Positions 37,578-50,614 are shown, numbered from the stretch's first letter. The stretch: 64,000 bases of DNA from Octopus sinensis (GCF_006345805.1 NC_042998.1:20646001-20710000); one strand, 5' to 3'. A program made the numbers and translations. The notes: generated by a model from the letters alone, not told the origin.

Positions 37578-38429
37578 CATCATCATCATTATCATCATTT
37601 AGCGTTCGTTTTCCATGCTAGCATGGGTTGGACCATATGTAGTTGAAATTTATCGAAAAACAAAAGATGAATGCAGGTGTATGAACAACAAGCAAGTGTA
37701 TTAGTTTGACGCTCGGGAAAATGAAAATGCTTTTACATTTCGAGCCTGTGCTCTTCAACAGAATGGAATAAGAGGAAATAAAGAGAGAGAGAGAATGTAA
37801 AAAGACCTGTATCTGATGCTAAGGTATAGTAAATTTGAAACAGTACATAAGTGAACTATTAACACCCTGATGACTTCTGGCCCAGCCTGACCTCTTGACC
37901 AGTCTCAGGGTCAGTTTCACTACTTATCAGTCTATAGTACTCTATTTCTCTGTCTCTCAGACTCGTTTTTCTGCCTCTGTATTTCTCGCATAAGTTACGA
38001 CTCTGTCTTCTTCCCAAAATCTATCTCACTACGCTTACCTCCCTTCCGACCACTCCAGCCATTTAAGTCGTTTGTTTATTTGATAATGTTCATTCAATTA
38101 CAACAATTGTCTTCTCTCTTTCTATCTCCCTCCACCACTTCTCTTTTAGACGCCTCACTGCTTTCGTTTTTCTTCACTATCTGCCGTGTTCTTGAGTTTA
38201 ATGAGCTCACACACAGAGAAACGTACATGGACAATCAATTTTTACATCACAATACACAGTATCGGATGTAAGATACAAATGTGGTGTGCGAAAGAGATAG
38301 TGTGATGGACAATTGGCAGACAGAGGCAAAAAGAAAAAAATATATGTAACCAAAGAGACAGAGAAGGACAACCATTGCTACCAGCAAAGAAAAATGGGAG
38401 AAAAGAAAAGACAGGTGATTCTAGAGAGA

Positions 38430-38780
38430 GAGAGGGGGGGAGTCAGACAGACAGAGACAGACAGACAGAGACAGAGAGACAGAGACAGAGAGACAGACAG
38501 ACAGACAGAGAGACAGACAGACAGACGGACAGACAGAGGCAGAGAGACAGACAGACAGAGACAGGTAGAGAGACAGACGGACAGAGACAGACAGATAGAC
38601 GAATGGACAGGCAGACAGACAGAGGCAGAGAGACAGACGGACAGACAGAGGCAGAGAGACAGACGGACAGACAGAGGCAGAGAGAGACAGACAAAGACAG
38701 ACAGTGACAGACAGACAGACAGTGACAGACAGGTACATAGGTAGGTAGGTAGGTACGTACGTAGGTAGGTAAGTAGGTAG
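38430..38780. repeat. (GACA)n/(GA)n/(TAGG)n microsatellite block
   Basis: Direct inspection; source of several spurious ORFs. Confidence 0.95.
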
Positions 38781-38936
38781 ATAACACTTAGTCTTAAGTC
38801 TAAATAGAAAGAGCTGATGTCATCTATGACCAACAGTCAAAAGGCCATCAATATCGGGTGAGTTTATGGAGGGGGCGGGAAGTAACTAAGTCAATTACAT
38901 CGACCCCAGTGATCAACATCACTGCTCTCTCACTCA

Positions 38937-39453
38937 ATAATAATAATAATAATAATTGTGTACAGTGCTCAGGTGCACTACAACTCATCTAAAGTGTATA
39001 TGTAATCAGGTGTAGTTTCGGCGGATTTCGGAAAGCATGAGGGCCTTAAAGGATGCAGTGTCATGGCAGTCAACAACTGACGCAGGCAGTTTATTCCATG
39101 CTTCAGCAACTCTGAGCGTGAAAAAATGTTTCCGAAAGTCATGGGAGCTGTGTTGTTTTCTGACTTTGCAGGCATGTCCACGTGTGTTAGACACATGGAG
39201 ATCAAAAAGGTGTTCAGTGTTGTTGTTGGTGAGGTGGTTGATAACTTTGTGGGTGTTTACCAAGTCCGTTGCCAGACGCTCAGAATATGGTAGGTGTCTG
39301 ATGGAGGGTATGCGTTTGGTTGCATGTCTCTGGACAGATTCCAGGAGGTCAATGTTCTGAGCAAGATAGGGGTTCCAAACTGATGATGCGAATTCCAAGT
39401 GTGATTGTACCATAGCTGTATACAGTTTTAAATAGATGGCTGGAGAGCGGCTA
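38937..39453 (-). mobile_element. 5'-truncated CR1-clade LINE (ORF2 C-terminus and (TTA)n tail)
   Basis: Translates to HLEFASSVWNPYLAQNIDLLESVQRHATKRIP...TRGHACKV...RKHFFTLRVAEAWNKLP, typical of the CR1 ORF2 end. Confidence 0.88.
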
Positions 39454-39457
39454 ACAA

Positions 39458-39650
39458 ATGATAATAATAACATCGAAAAATATCTTAAGAATGAGAACCC
39501 AGGTTCAAAATTTCCCCAAGACATCCGAAGAAGGCTGGAGGGTATATCAGCCGAAACATGTTAACAACAAACAAGATGAGGACAAATATCCATCAATTGT
39601 AAATAATGTAAATAATGTACATAATTCCTCATCTCTTAAATATAGAGCTG
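39458..39650 (+). mobile_element. Penelope-like LTR fragment with a hammerhead-like motif
   Basis: CCGAAGA-A-GGCTG(gagggtatat)CAGCC-GAAAC at about 39525-39557. Confidence 0.5.
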
Positions 39651-40301
39651 TAGTATCCAGTACACCCTGGAAAGGGGCTGGTGTGAAGAAGGGCACCTAG
39701 CTGTAGAAATGAAATTAAAATGAAATGCAGATGACATGAGGCCCTCACAACCCTTCTGGGTAAGCAGATCCATCCAACCAAACCAAAATGGATAGTGAAT
39801 GTAAAAGCAGAATGGACAATCATCATCATCATCATTTAGTGTCTGCTTTCCATGCTGGCATGGGTTGGACAGTCTGACTGAAGCTAGTACACTGGAGAGC
39901 TGCCCCAAACTCCAATCTGCTTTGGCAGGGTCTCTACAGCTGGATGCCCTTCCTATGCCAACCACTCCAAGAGTGTAATGGGTGCTTTTTACATGCCACT
40001 GGCACAGGTGCCAGTTATGTGACACTGGCATCAACAACAACTAAATGATCATATACAACAGACTAACACACGGATATAAGTCATCAAAATTGCTCTCAAG
40101 ACGTTAGCCAACCTGAGACTACTACAAAAATACATGCTTGACTAAGGTGCCACACAGTGGGATAGAACCTGGAACCACATGGCGAGGAAGTGAATTTCTT
40201 AACTATGTTGTCATTCAGTTAATATTTCATCAAGTAACCCAAAAGTTTGAGTATATCAGATGCAAAAATGAATGCACTTAAAAAAAAAAAAATAGACTTA
40301 C

Positions 40302-40358
40302 CCATTCAGTGACCCCAGCAGAACCAATAGGAGAAAAAGTAACATTTGAACTGCGAAC
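40302..40358 (-). CDS. PIGS: PIG-S coding exon (57 nt)
   Basis: TTGTAG/GTAAGT sites, phases 0 to 0; encodes VRSSNVTFSPIGSAGVTEW and joins ELAGWL in frame (human GLMTW|ELDRL). Confidence 0.88.
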
Positions 40359-41043
40359 CTACAAGTAGAGAACAAGAGGTAAAAACACAAACTGTTTTAA
40401 ATACAGAAAAAGCAAAAAAAGAAAAAGACCAGAAAATTTAATTTACTCAGAAATATTTCACCAAATTCATAAACTATACTTTTTGAAATATGTATCTTTA
40501 TTGATTTCTGTAAATATTTTACAAATTGGAATATATTAAATGAAACAAATAAATAAAAGGTAGACATATGATAATGAAGCTCAAATAAAATGAACTGTCT
40601 GTCATTACTATTTTTAATTAAAAATAGACAATACATGTATATGCATAATGGAATTTTGTTTTCTTTTATTCAGTGTTACACTACTACTGCTGCTAATAAT
40701 CATCATCATCATCATCATCATCGTTTAGCATCCGCTTTCCATACTAGCATGGGTTGGACGGTTCAACTGGGGTCTGGGAAGCCAGAAGGCTGCACCAGGC
40801 CCAGTCTGATCTGGCAATGTTTCTATGGCTGGATGCCCTTCCTAACGCCAACCACTCCGTGAGTGTAGTGGGTGCTTTTTACATGCCACCGGCACAGGTG
40901 CCAGGCGAGGCTGGCAAAGGCCACAAACGGATGGTGCTTTTTACGTGCCACCGGCACGAGGCCAGTCAATGTTGATCGATTTTGATTCTCACTTGCCTCA
41001 ACAGGTCTTCACAAGCAGAGTTTTGTGTCCCAAGAACTGCTGC

Positions 41044-41076
<33 letters not shown>

Positions 41077-41129
41077 TGATGATAATAATAATTCTTTCTT
41101 TATTAGTCACAAGAGCCAACAAAAATAAG

Positions 41130-41661
41130 GACAAAGGGATTAAATTGATTATGTTGGCCCCAGTGCGTAACTGGTACTTAATTTATCAACCCTGAGAGGA
41201 TGAAAGGCAAAGTGGACTCGGCGGATTTTAACCAACACCAACAATTCTGCCAAAAGTATTTTCTTTTCTACTCTTGGTACAAGGTTCAAAATTTTTTGGA
41301 GAGGGGGCCAGTTGATTAGATTGACCCCAGTACGCAACCGGTACTTAATTTATCGACCCCCAAAAGGATGAAAGGCAAAGTCGAGCTTGGCAGAATTTGA
41401 ACTCAGAACATAAAGACAGACAAAATACCTATTTCTTTACTACCCTCAAGGGGCTAAACACAGAGAGGACAAACAAGGACAGACAAACGGATTAAGTCGA
41501 TTATATCAACCCCAGTGCATAACTGGTACTTATTTTAATCGACCCCGAAAGGATGAAAGGCAAAGTCAACCTCGGCGGAATTTGAACTTAGAACGTAGCC
41601 GCAGACGAAATACCACTAAGCATTTCACCCGGCGTGCTAACCATTCTGTCAGCTCGCCGCC
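41130..41661 (-). mobile_element. Multimeric family A SINE cluster
   Basis: Head GGCGGCGAGCTGACAG near 41660, followed by long-tail and short-tail monomers. Confidence 0.75.
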
Positions 41662-41726
41662 ATCCAGCCAATGGTATATCACAACAAAGAGGACAGGAAA
41701 ATTATTAACAATAACAAATCTCTTAC

Positions 41727-41896
41727 CTGGAGATTAAGAAGCATTCGAATCTGAGTCAGAAATATCTGCATAACTTGATGCAGATCGATATTGACTCGCA
41801 TCGGGAGGGTATCGTTTGGGCCAGGAGATGGCGTGTTATAAATATGGATGCCACCCCAACGTGGACTCAAGAAGGAATTGCTTCGTTCTCGTTCCC
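41727..41896 (-). CDS. PIGS: PIG-S coding exon
   Basis: TTGTAG/GTAAGA sites, 170 nt, phases 1 to 0; encodes GERERSNSFLSPRWGGIHIYNTPSPGPNDTLPMRVNIDLHQVMQIFLTQIRMLLNLQ, with the PIG-S signature F.SPRWGG. Confidence 0.97.
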
Positions 41897-43499
41897 CTAC
41901 AAACCAAAAGTAAACGCGTAAACACATCAGAGTAAAGCCGAAGAGGAATTTGCCAGAAGAATTTTATTTTTGTTTCTATTATATATTTCTTTACTACTCA
42001 CAAGGGGCTAAACACAGAGGAGACAAACAAGGACAGACAAAGGGATTAAATCAATTACATCGACCCCAGTGCGTAACTGGTACTTAATTTATCGACCCCA
42101 GAAGGATGAAAGGCAAAGTCGACCTCGGCGGAATTTGAACTCGGAACGTAACGGCAGACGAAATACGGTAACGCATTTCGCCCGGCGTGCTAACGTTTCT
42201 GCCAGCTCATCGCCTTTTGTTTCCATATTAGGCACAAGACCTGAAATCTTGTGGGGAGGAGCCTGGTCAATTACACTGACTCCAAGATTTCTTTTTTTTT
42301 TTTTTTTTGGCTGGTATTTATTTTATTGACCCCCACAAAGGATGAAAGGCATACTCCGCCTTGGCAGAATGTGAACTCAGAACATAAAGCATTTTGTTGC
42401 ACAACAAACAAAATGCTTAGCACCATATCTTCTGGTTCTTTATTTTCTGAATTCACATTCCACCAAGGTAGACTTATCCTTTTGTGGGGGTCAATAAAAT
42501 AAATATCATTTCAAAATCTGGTGTCAGTGTAATAATTGACGAGACCCCTCCCCAAAAGTTTCAGGCCTTGTACCTATAGTAGAAAGGAAAAAAAAAATTG
42601 CATCATTAACCATAAGAGGGCCCTCTCGTGTAGGCGCTTAGTGCATAAAAGCACACACATAGATCATAGCAGATGAAATTCATCTGTCATAGGAGCCAAC
42701 AGACAAATTCATCCTTTAGGGGTCGATAAATTAAGTACCAGTAAAACACAGGAGTCAATGTAATCAACTAGTCCTCTCCCCAACAATTTAAGATTATTTA
42801 ATAATAGGAGATGTACTTGCATAGCAAGTGACCTGATCTGAGATGGTATGCTGGAACGATCTCAGATCTAAGCACCTACATGAGAGGATCTCTCAAGGCT
42901 AATAACAGAGTATTTGGTATTCTAACAAGGGCCCCATATTAAGATGGATATAAAGATGACCTTTTGGTATTAATATTGTTTCCGTCACAAATAATTAATT
43001 TAAGAAAAACATTATTCTGTCACATACATACTTTGACTTGCTTCATTACTTCATCCATTTATCTGCTAATAATACGTCTACACCATCAAACCAGCATTAG
43101 AGCTGTTAGCTGCTCAGAGAAAATTCTATCTGTGTTCCCTGAACGCAAAGGGGTCTGACTAAAGATTCCCTTTGTTTCATATTTTGAACACAGTAAATGT
43201 TTATTTATCTCTACAATCTCTCTAAACTGACATTTCATGAAGCCAGGATCGATGGCAGCAGCTCTGAAGTTTTGCACTCAACAGAGAAAGAGTTTCTGAT
43301 GTTTTCATTATTTCATGACAATTTTGTTCACACACATACACACGTACATACACATGCACACATACACATCTGTATGTATGTTTGTATACATGTGCACACA
43401 CATCTGTGCATGTGTGCACATGTATACAAACATACACACAAACAATTTAAACAAGTTTCTAGCTAATATTTTTTTCACATATCTTTCATACCACATATA

Positions 43500-43628
43500 A
43501 TCTCTCACCATAATATATATATATATATATATATATATGATTTTGATTTTGATTTTTCCAGTTTCAGCTTATGAGCTGTGGCCATGCTGGGGCACCGCCA
43601 TTGCTGGAGCACCGCCATTTATATATAT

Positions 43629-43706
<78 letters not shown>

Positions 43707-43748
43707 TATATATATACACATACATATACATACATATACATATATATG

Positions 43749-43786
<38 letters not shown>

Positions 43787-43809
43787 ACATATACATATAT
43801 ATGTATATC

Positions 43810-43851
<42 letters not shown>

Positions 43852-44097
43852 CATATATATATATATATGTACATATATATATATATACACATACATATAT
43901 ATGTATATCCATACATACATATATATATATACACATACACATACACACGTATACATACATGCATACATACATGCATACATATACATACTACATAGATACA
44001 TACATACATGCATACATATACATACATACTACATAGATACATACATACATACATACATACATACATACTACATAGATACATACATACATATATATAT

Positions 44098-44132
<35 letters not shown>
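43500..44132. repeat. (TA)n/(TACA)n microsatellite block
   Basis: Direct inspection. Confidence 0.95.
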
Positions 44133-44135
<3 letters not shown>

Positions 44136-44564
44136 AAGATAGAGAGATGCACACGCAGACATACACAGAAAGAGAGACTGTTTCTAGAAATTTCATTTCA
44201 TTGCTAAGTACAACATTTCATTTTATACGATTTCAATTTCATAATGATGATGATGATGATTACAGAAGCAAATCTTGGATTTTTCATTTCTTCTTCTAAA
44301 GTTTTAAGCTCTTATTTTATTATCATTTTAATTTTTTTTCTTTCCTTTCTCTGTTTTCTAAATCTCCCATGACAGGCCGCCTTTTGTTTCCGAGTTAAGT
44401 ATAAACTAAATTGAATTACAGTTTCATTTTCAAAATAAGTAAATGCATAACAAAACAAAATAAAGATTGATCTGATGAAAGCAATGCAGTAGTATTGCTA
44501 TCTTGATATGAAAACACATCAACTGATAAACACAAGAGCAGCAGAAGAAAACAGAGTTGCTTAC

Positions 44565-44654
44565 CTTTCTTGTTTCTGATGTACATCGGGCTCTGGTCTC
44601 GCGTTGGTACATAAACAATGAAATTTAAGTTGGGGTTGTTGGAAGCTTGGAAAC
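44565..44654 (-). CDS. PIGS: PIG-S coding exon
   Basis: CCTTAG/GTAAGC sites, 90 nt, phases 1 to 1; encodes GFQASNNPNLNFIVYVPTRDQSPMYIRNKK (human P.LNF..YVP....SP.YI). Confidence 0.96.
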
Positions 44655-44747
44655 CTAAGGGAAAAAACATGCAAAAATTCATGAAATTAAGGATAATTAT
44701 TTTCATAAAATTATGCTTTTTCAGACTATTAACTTCGTTTTTAGAGA

Positions 44748-45262
44748 TCATCATCATCATCGTTTAACATCCGCTTTCCATGCTAGCATGGGTTGGACGA
44801 TTTGATTGAGGGCTAGCAAACCAGATGGCTGCACCAGGCTCCAATCTTGATTTGGCAGAGTTTCTGCAGCTGGATACCTTTCCTAACGCCAACCACTCCA
44901 AGAGTGTAGTGGGTGCTTTTACATGCCACCAGCATGAGGGCCAGTTAGGTGTTACTGGCAATGGCCATGCTCAAATGGTGCTTTTTATGTGCCACCTGAA
45001 CAGGAGCCGGTCCAGCAGCACTGGCAACGACCTCGTTTGAATGTTTTTTACGCATGCCACCAGCAGTAGTGCTAGTAAGGCGACGCAGGTAACAATCACG
45101 CTTGAATGGTGTGTTTAACGTGCCATCGACACGGAGGCCAGCTTGTTGCTCTGGCAACGATCTCACTTGTATGGTACTCTTAGCGCTCCACTAGCACGGA
45201 TGCCAGTCATTGAATTTGATTTTGATTTCGATTTCACTTGCCTCAACAGGTCTTCGAAAAAT
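44748..45262 (-). mobile_element. RTE LINE 3'-UTR fragment (long form)
   Basis: (CAT)n head on the + strand, several internal modules, and an end at CACTTGCCTCAACAGGTCTTC. Confidence 0.8.
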
Positions 45263-47199
45263 TTTTTTTAATACACAGATTTATACTAAGCTTTGGTCTG
45301 TTTGATCGGCAACACTACACCTGATTTTCTCCCCTCCATATACACACACAAGCATGTATCTGACTCATACACTGTTCACTTCCCAAACATTTGTACATTA
45401 CTGCATATGCTTTATACGCACTTTTGACAAGTTGTGGTGCACCTGAACACTGTATACAATAATTTCATTATAAATATATTATATTATTATATAATCAACA
45501 AGAATTTTATTCTTCAAAGAATTCAAACATGCCCATGGACCACTGAAATCTACAAGCTTCTCTCTCTCTCTCTCTCTCTCTCTGTTTATTTTCTCTATTC
45601 CTTTCTGTTGAAGAGCATAGGCTCGAAACATAAAGGACTTTTTCATTTTTCCCAAGTGTCAAACTAATACACCTGCTTGTTGTTCATACAGCTGTCTTCA
45701 TCTTTTGTTTCTCTATAAGTTTCAATTACTATTACAATTAGTTTAGAAGTAAATGTTTCTGGTTCAAATCTCATCTGGTGTTCCGAGCACATACAAGGAA
45801 CAAGACATGATGATAATTGGAGAGAAAACAACAGGGAGTCCTCACGTTCTGAACTCCCAATTTATGAGCTCATATGTTTATGAGAATTTTCTATAGGAAA
45901 ATAAAAAATTTGCTTTTTATTATTCTTTCGTAAACTTGTAGGTGTGGCACAGCACAGGCATGGCTGTGCAGTTAAGAGGCTTGCTTTGTGACTACATGGT
46001 TTCAGGTTCAGTCCCACTACACAGCACTTAGGGTGAGTGTCTTCTACTATAGCTCCAGGCTAACTAGAGCCTTGTGAAGGAATTTGGTAGACAGAAAATG
46101 TGTGGAAGCCTGTCATATATATATGCATGTGTGTGCATTTGTCCCCACCACCACCTAATTATGGGTGTTGGTGTGTTTGTATCCCCATGACTTAGCAGTC
46201 CAGCAAAAGGAACCAATAGAATAAGTACCAGTCTTTAAAAAAATAAATAGGTAATGGGGTCAATTCATTCAACTAAAAATTCATCAAGGCAGTGCCCCAG
46301 CATGGCCACACTCTAATGCCTGAAACAAACAACAAGATATTAAAGTCATCTCATCCCAGATAATGGAATTTCTCCTAATTAACTTATGAAAAAAAAATTT
46401 TACTTTTTTTATTATTTTATTATTTCAACCAGCTTTGGTCAGCCTGGGGCTATAAGTAGGGGACACTTGCCCAAGGTGCAACATAGTGGAGCTGAACCTA
46501 GAACGAAGCGGTTAGGAAGCAAACTCTTTACTAATAATAATATTTAAAAAATTTTTTTTACAATTTTACTATTTTTTTACTATTTTACTATTTTTTACTA
46601 TTTTTTTTACTATTTTCTAGGTTCGACAAATTTGCTGTTGTCATTTAGTATATTGTTGACTATTATAACGTAATCGCCTTTGCCTATAACAACAAACCGA
46701 TTGCCCCAAGTGTTTTACTATTTTTACTATTTTTTTACTATTTAACTAATTTTTTTACTATTTTACTAATTTTTACTATTTTAGTATTTTATTATTTCAA
46801 CCAGCTTTGGTCAGCCTGGGGCTAAAAGTAGGGGGCACTTGCTCATGATGCAACGCAGTGGGGGGCTGAACCTAGAACGAAGCGGTTGGGAAACAAACTC
46901 TTTACTAATAATAATATTTTCAAATTTTTTTTTTCCTTATTTGCCACAAGGACAGACGGCGGCAGTGGTAGTGGCGATGGTGGTGGTGGTGGCGGCAGTG
47001 GAGGTGGTGGTGGTGATGATGATGCTCGTGGCACTTTTTGCTTAAATGACATCATCTTCCAACTGATAAGCTGACAATCATTAAAATGCACGAAACAAAC
47101 ATTCCGACCAAGTTATTTTAGGAGTAATTTTACCCTACATATTAAATGCTGATGCAGCCATCTGCTCTGAATATGAACACTAAAAGAATCAGTTACCAC

Positions 47200-47275
47200 A
47201 TGAAATTATTATTATTATTATTATTAGCAAATTTGTTGTTGTTATTATTATTATTATTAGCAAATTTGTTGTTAC

Positions 47276-47313
<38 letters not shown>

Positions 47314-47322
47314 GCAAATTTG

Positions 47323-47355
<33 letters not shown>

Positions 47356-47364
47356 GCAAATTTG

Positions 47365-47439
<75 letters not shown>

Positions 47440-47496
47440 GCAAATTTGTTGTTACTGTTATTATTATTATTATTATTAGCAAATTTGTTGTTACTG

Positions 47497-47531
<35 letters not shown>

Positions 47532-47552
47532 ACAAATTTGTTGTTACTGTTA

Positions 47553-47587
<35 letters not shown>

Positions 47588-47616
47588 TATTATTATATTA
47601 GCAAATTTGTTGTTAC

Positions 47617-47647
<31 letters not shown>
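47200..47647. repeat. (TTA)n microsatellite punctuated by GCAAATTTGTTGTT(ACTG)
   Basis: Direct inspection; it begins about 70 nt downstream of the donor site of exon 47715-47829. Confidence 0.92.
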
Positions 47648-47649
<2 letters not shown>

Positions 47650-47714
47650 GAAATTTTTTTTTTTTATCGTTGTTGTTGCTATTAAAAAACAAATGAAATA
47701 AAATGAATATTTAC

Positions 47715-47829
47715 CGAGTTTGGTTTCTAATGGATTTATCATGTGAGGAAGGTTCTGCAGATCTAGAAAGTTTTCTCCAGTATCATAATCTTTCTGAGGT
47801 CTTATGTAAAACCCAGGGTAGAATAATGT
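47715..47829 (-). CDS. PIGS: PIG-S coding exon
   Basis: CCATAG/GTAAAT sites, 115 nt, phases 0 to 1; encodes TLFYPGFYIRPQKDYDTGENFLDLQNLPHMINPLETKL (human SLPHVINPVESRLG). Confidence 0.95.
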
Positions 47830-47897
47830 CTATGGCAAAGAAAGGAAACAAGAAGGAAAAATGTCAGTGAACAGAAAAATGATTTGGTGTAATAACA

Positions 47898-48297
47898 GGT
47901 GTGGCTGTGTGGTAAGTAGCTTGCTAACCAACCACATGGTTCCGGGTTCAGTCCCACTGCGTGGCATCTTGGGCAAGTGTCTTCTGCTATAGCCCCGGGC
48001 TGACCAATGCCTTGTGAGTGGATTTGGTAGACAGAAACTGAAAGAAGCCTGTCGTATATATGTATATATATATATGTGTGTATGTGTTTGTGTGTCTGTG
48101 TTTGTCCCCATAGCATTGCTTGACAACCGATGCTGGTGTGTTTACATCCCCGTCACTTAGCAGTTCGGCAAAAGAGACCGATAGAATAAGTACTGGGCTT
48201 ACAAAGAATAAGTCCCGGGGTCGATTTGCTTGACTAAAGGAGGTGCTCCAGCAAGGCCGCAGTCAAATGACTGAAACAAGTAAAAGAGTAAAGAGTA
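47898..48297 (+). mobile_element. Full-length family B SINE
   Basis: tRNA-like head GTGGCTGTGTGGTAAG...GGGTTCAGTCCC, CORE-like segment, (GT)n, and tail ...GAAACAAGTAAAAGAGTAAAGAG. Confidence 0.88.
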
Positions 48298-48348
48298 ACA
48301 AAATATTAATATATGTATGTAGTGTATTTTTATCTCCCGGGTGGAAGA

Positions 48349-48536
48349 TGGGCTGAATCCTGGAAGTACTGCTCTACCAGGCCAACCCCAGGCAAAGGTG
48401 GAGCAAGCCCCTAACTCTTCACATCGTTCTAAAAATCAGTTTAATATCGATGGCCCCAAATAGGGACCGTATCAGATATTAAGCTGATAAGAACAGATAC
48501 TACACTTTGATCTTAGCCAAAAGGCCGAGAAGCGAT
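48349..48536 (-). ncRNA. RNU2: U2 snRNA, full-length (188 nt) variant or pseudogene
   Basis: Reverse complement begins ATCGCTTCTCGGCCTTTTGGCTAAGATCAAAGTGTAGTATCTGTTCTTATCAGCTTAATATCTGATAC. Stems IIa, IIb, III and IV are recognisable; the Sm site (GATTTTTAG) and loop IV (TAGAGCAGTA) deviate. Confidence 0.95.
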
Positions 48537-48549
48537 AATCTATATTTAG

Positions 48550-48772
48550 AGCTGGCAGAAACATTAGCACGCCGGGCGAAATGCATTGCCATATTTCGTC
48601 TGTCATTACGTTCGAAGTTCAAATTCCGCCAAGGTCGACTTTGCCTTTTATCCTTTCGGGGTCAATAAATTAAGTACCAGTTACGCACTGGGGTCGATGT
48701 AATCGACTTAATCCCTTTGTCTGTCCTTGTTTGTCTCCTCTGTGTTTAGCCTTTTGTGGGTAGTAAAGAAAT
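48550..48772 (+). mobile_element. Family A SINE occupying the U2 upstream region
   Basis: Starts GAGCTGGCAGAAAC 13 nt from the U2 5' end, divergently oriented; ends GTAGTAAAGAAAT. Confidence 0.88.
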
Positions 48773-49078
48773 ATATATGTGTAGTGGAGGCACATGGCTT
48801 AGTGGTTAGAGAAGCGGAGTCGCGGTCAAGGGATCGCAGGTTCAAATCTCAGACCAGGCAATGTATGTGTTTATGAGTGAAACACCTAAGCTCCGGCAGA
48901 AGGTAATGGTAAACTTCTGCTTACTCTTTCGCCACAACTTACTCTCACTCTTTCCTCCTGCATCTTGCAGCTCACATGCGACGGACCGGTGTCCCATCAA
49001 AGTGGGGAACCTATATGCCAAGGAAACCAGTAAACCAGCCCTTATGAGCCAGGCATGGCTCGAGAAGGAACAAACGAA

Positions 49079-49111
<33 letters not shown>

Positions 49112-49619
49112 GTATTTCACTTAAGTACAACAAGACTAACAACCTGGTGTAGAACTCAATATACATATGTTTCAGAACATAATGTTAGATGAGTGTAGAA
49201 TGGTTATAAGAAAAAAGAGATGACACTGAAAAAAACAAAGATTATGTAATGCACTTCATTAGCTTACAGCCCGTTTCTGCTATAAGATGTGGTAGAGTCT
49301 TAGTCAAGCAGCCAGATAAGATCCTAGACTTTCATCAGAGCCTTGAATATGAAGTGCACTTTATTTGGGAAAATACCCGGAAATCACGATATACAGATAT
49401 ATCTGTATATATTGAGCTGAGTTGGGGTGCTAGATTCCCTTGTTTGAAAATATAAGGACACAGATTGTGTTGTATAGCCAGATGGAGATGATGTCTCCTG
49501 GGGCTAAATTACAGCAACATTCATCCTAAACCAGGACTGCCATGTTATGTTGGCAAACAATCTTTACTTACAGGTGTTAAGATGTGTCCATGAGTAAACC
49601 ACTTCATTTCACATTGCTC

Positions 49620-50207
49620 AGCTATGTGCCACCAGCATGGATGCTAGTCAGGCAGCAGTGGCATCGGCTATGCTTGAATGGGTGCTTTTCACATGCCACC
49701 AACACGGGTGCCAGTCAGGTGGTACTGGCTTCAACCACAACTATGATTTCACTCGGTTCAACAGGTCATCACAAGCACAGCATATTGCCTAAAAATTAAA
49801 GGGTGCTTTTAAACGGGCCAGTTATGTAACACTGGCATCAGCCATGATTACAATCTCACTTAGCTTGCTGTGTCTTCTCAAACACAGCATATCTCCAAAG
49901 GTCTCAGTCACTTGTCATGGTCTCTGTGAGGCCCAACGTCCGTAACTCATGCTTCACTACCTCTATCCCATGTCTTTGTGACTCTACCTCTTCCACAGGT
50001 CCCCTCCACTGTTAGGGTGTGACACTTCTTCAAACAGCTGTTCTCATGCCCACGCATCATATGACCATACCAACAGGGTCATCTCTCTTGCACACCACAT
50101 CTCATGCTTCTAATATCCAACATTTCTCTCAGGGCGCTTACACTCTATCATGTGTGCACACTGACATTACACATCCAGCAGAGCATAGCTTAATTTCTTT
50201 CAAGCCT
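49620..50207 (-). mobile_element. Older 5'-truncated RTE LINE (ORF2 C-terminus and 3' UTR)
   Basis: 49880-50205 is homologous to about 55750-56090 of the young RTE copy. Confidence 0.75.
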
Positions 50208-50614
50208 ATCATCATCATCATCATCGTCGTTTAACGTCCGTTCTCCATGCTAGCATGGGTTGGACGGTTCGACCGGGGATCTGGGAAGCCAGAAGGCTGC
50301 ACCAGGCTCCAGTCTTATCTGGCAATGTTTCTACAGCTGGATGCCCTTCCTAACGCCAACCACTCCGTGAGTGTAGTGGGTGCTTTTTACGTGCCACTTG
50401 CACAGGTGCCAGGCGGGGCTGGCAACAGCCACGGTCGGATCGGTGTATTTTATGTGCCACCGGCACGGAAGCCAGTCGAGGCGGTGCTGGCATCGGCCAC
50501 GAGTCGGATAGTGCTTTTTACGTACCACCAGACCAGGGATCCTGGCTGGTTCAATTCGATATATATATATATATATAATACACACACATGAATACTAAAA
50601 GAATTTTATATATA

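Noticed and set aside
44416-44760. ORF-track starts that extend PIGS exons (also 24610-24849, 34495-34701, 41679-41927 and 62388-62657)
   Set aside because: Only the GT-AG-bounded internal parts match PIG-S; the extensions are intronic read-through.
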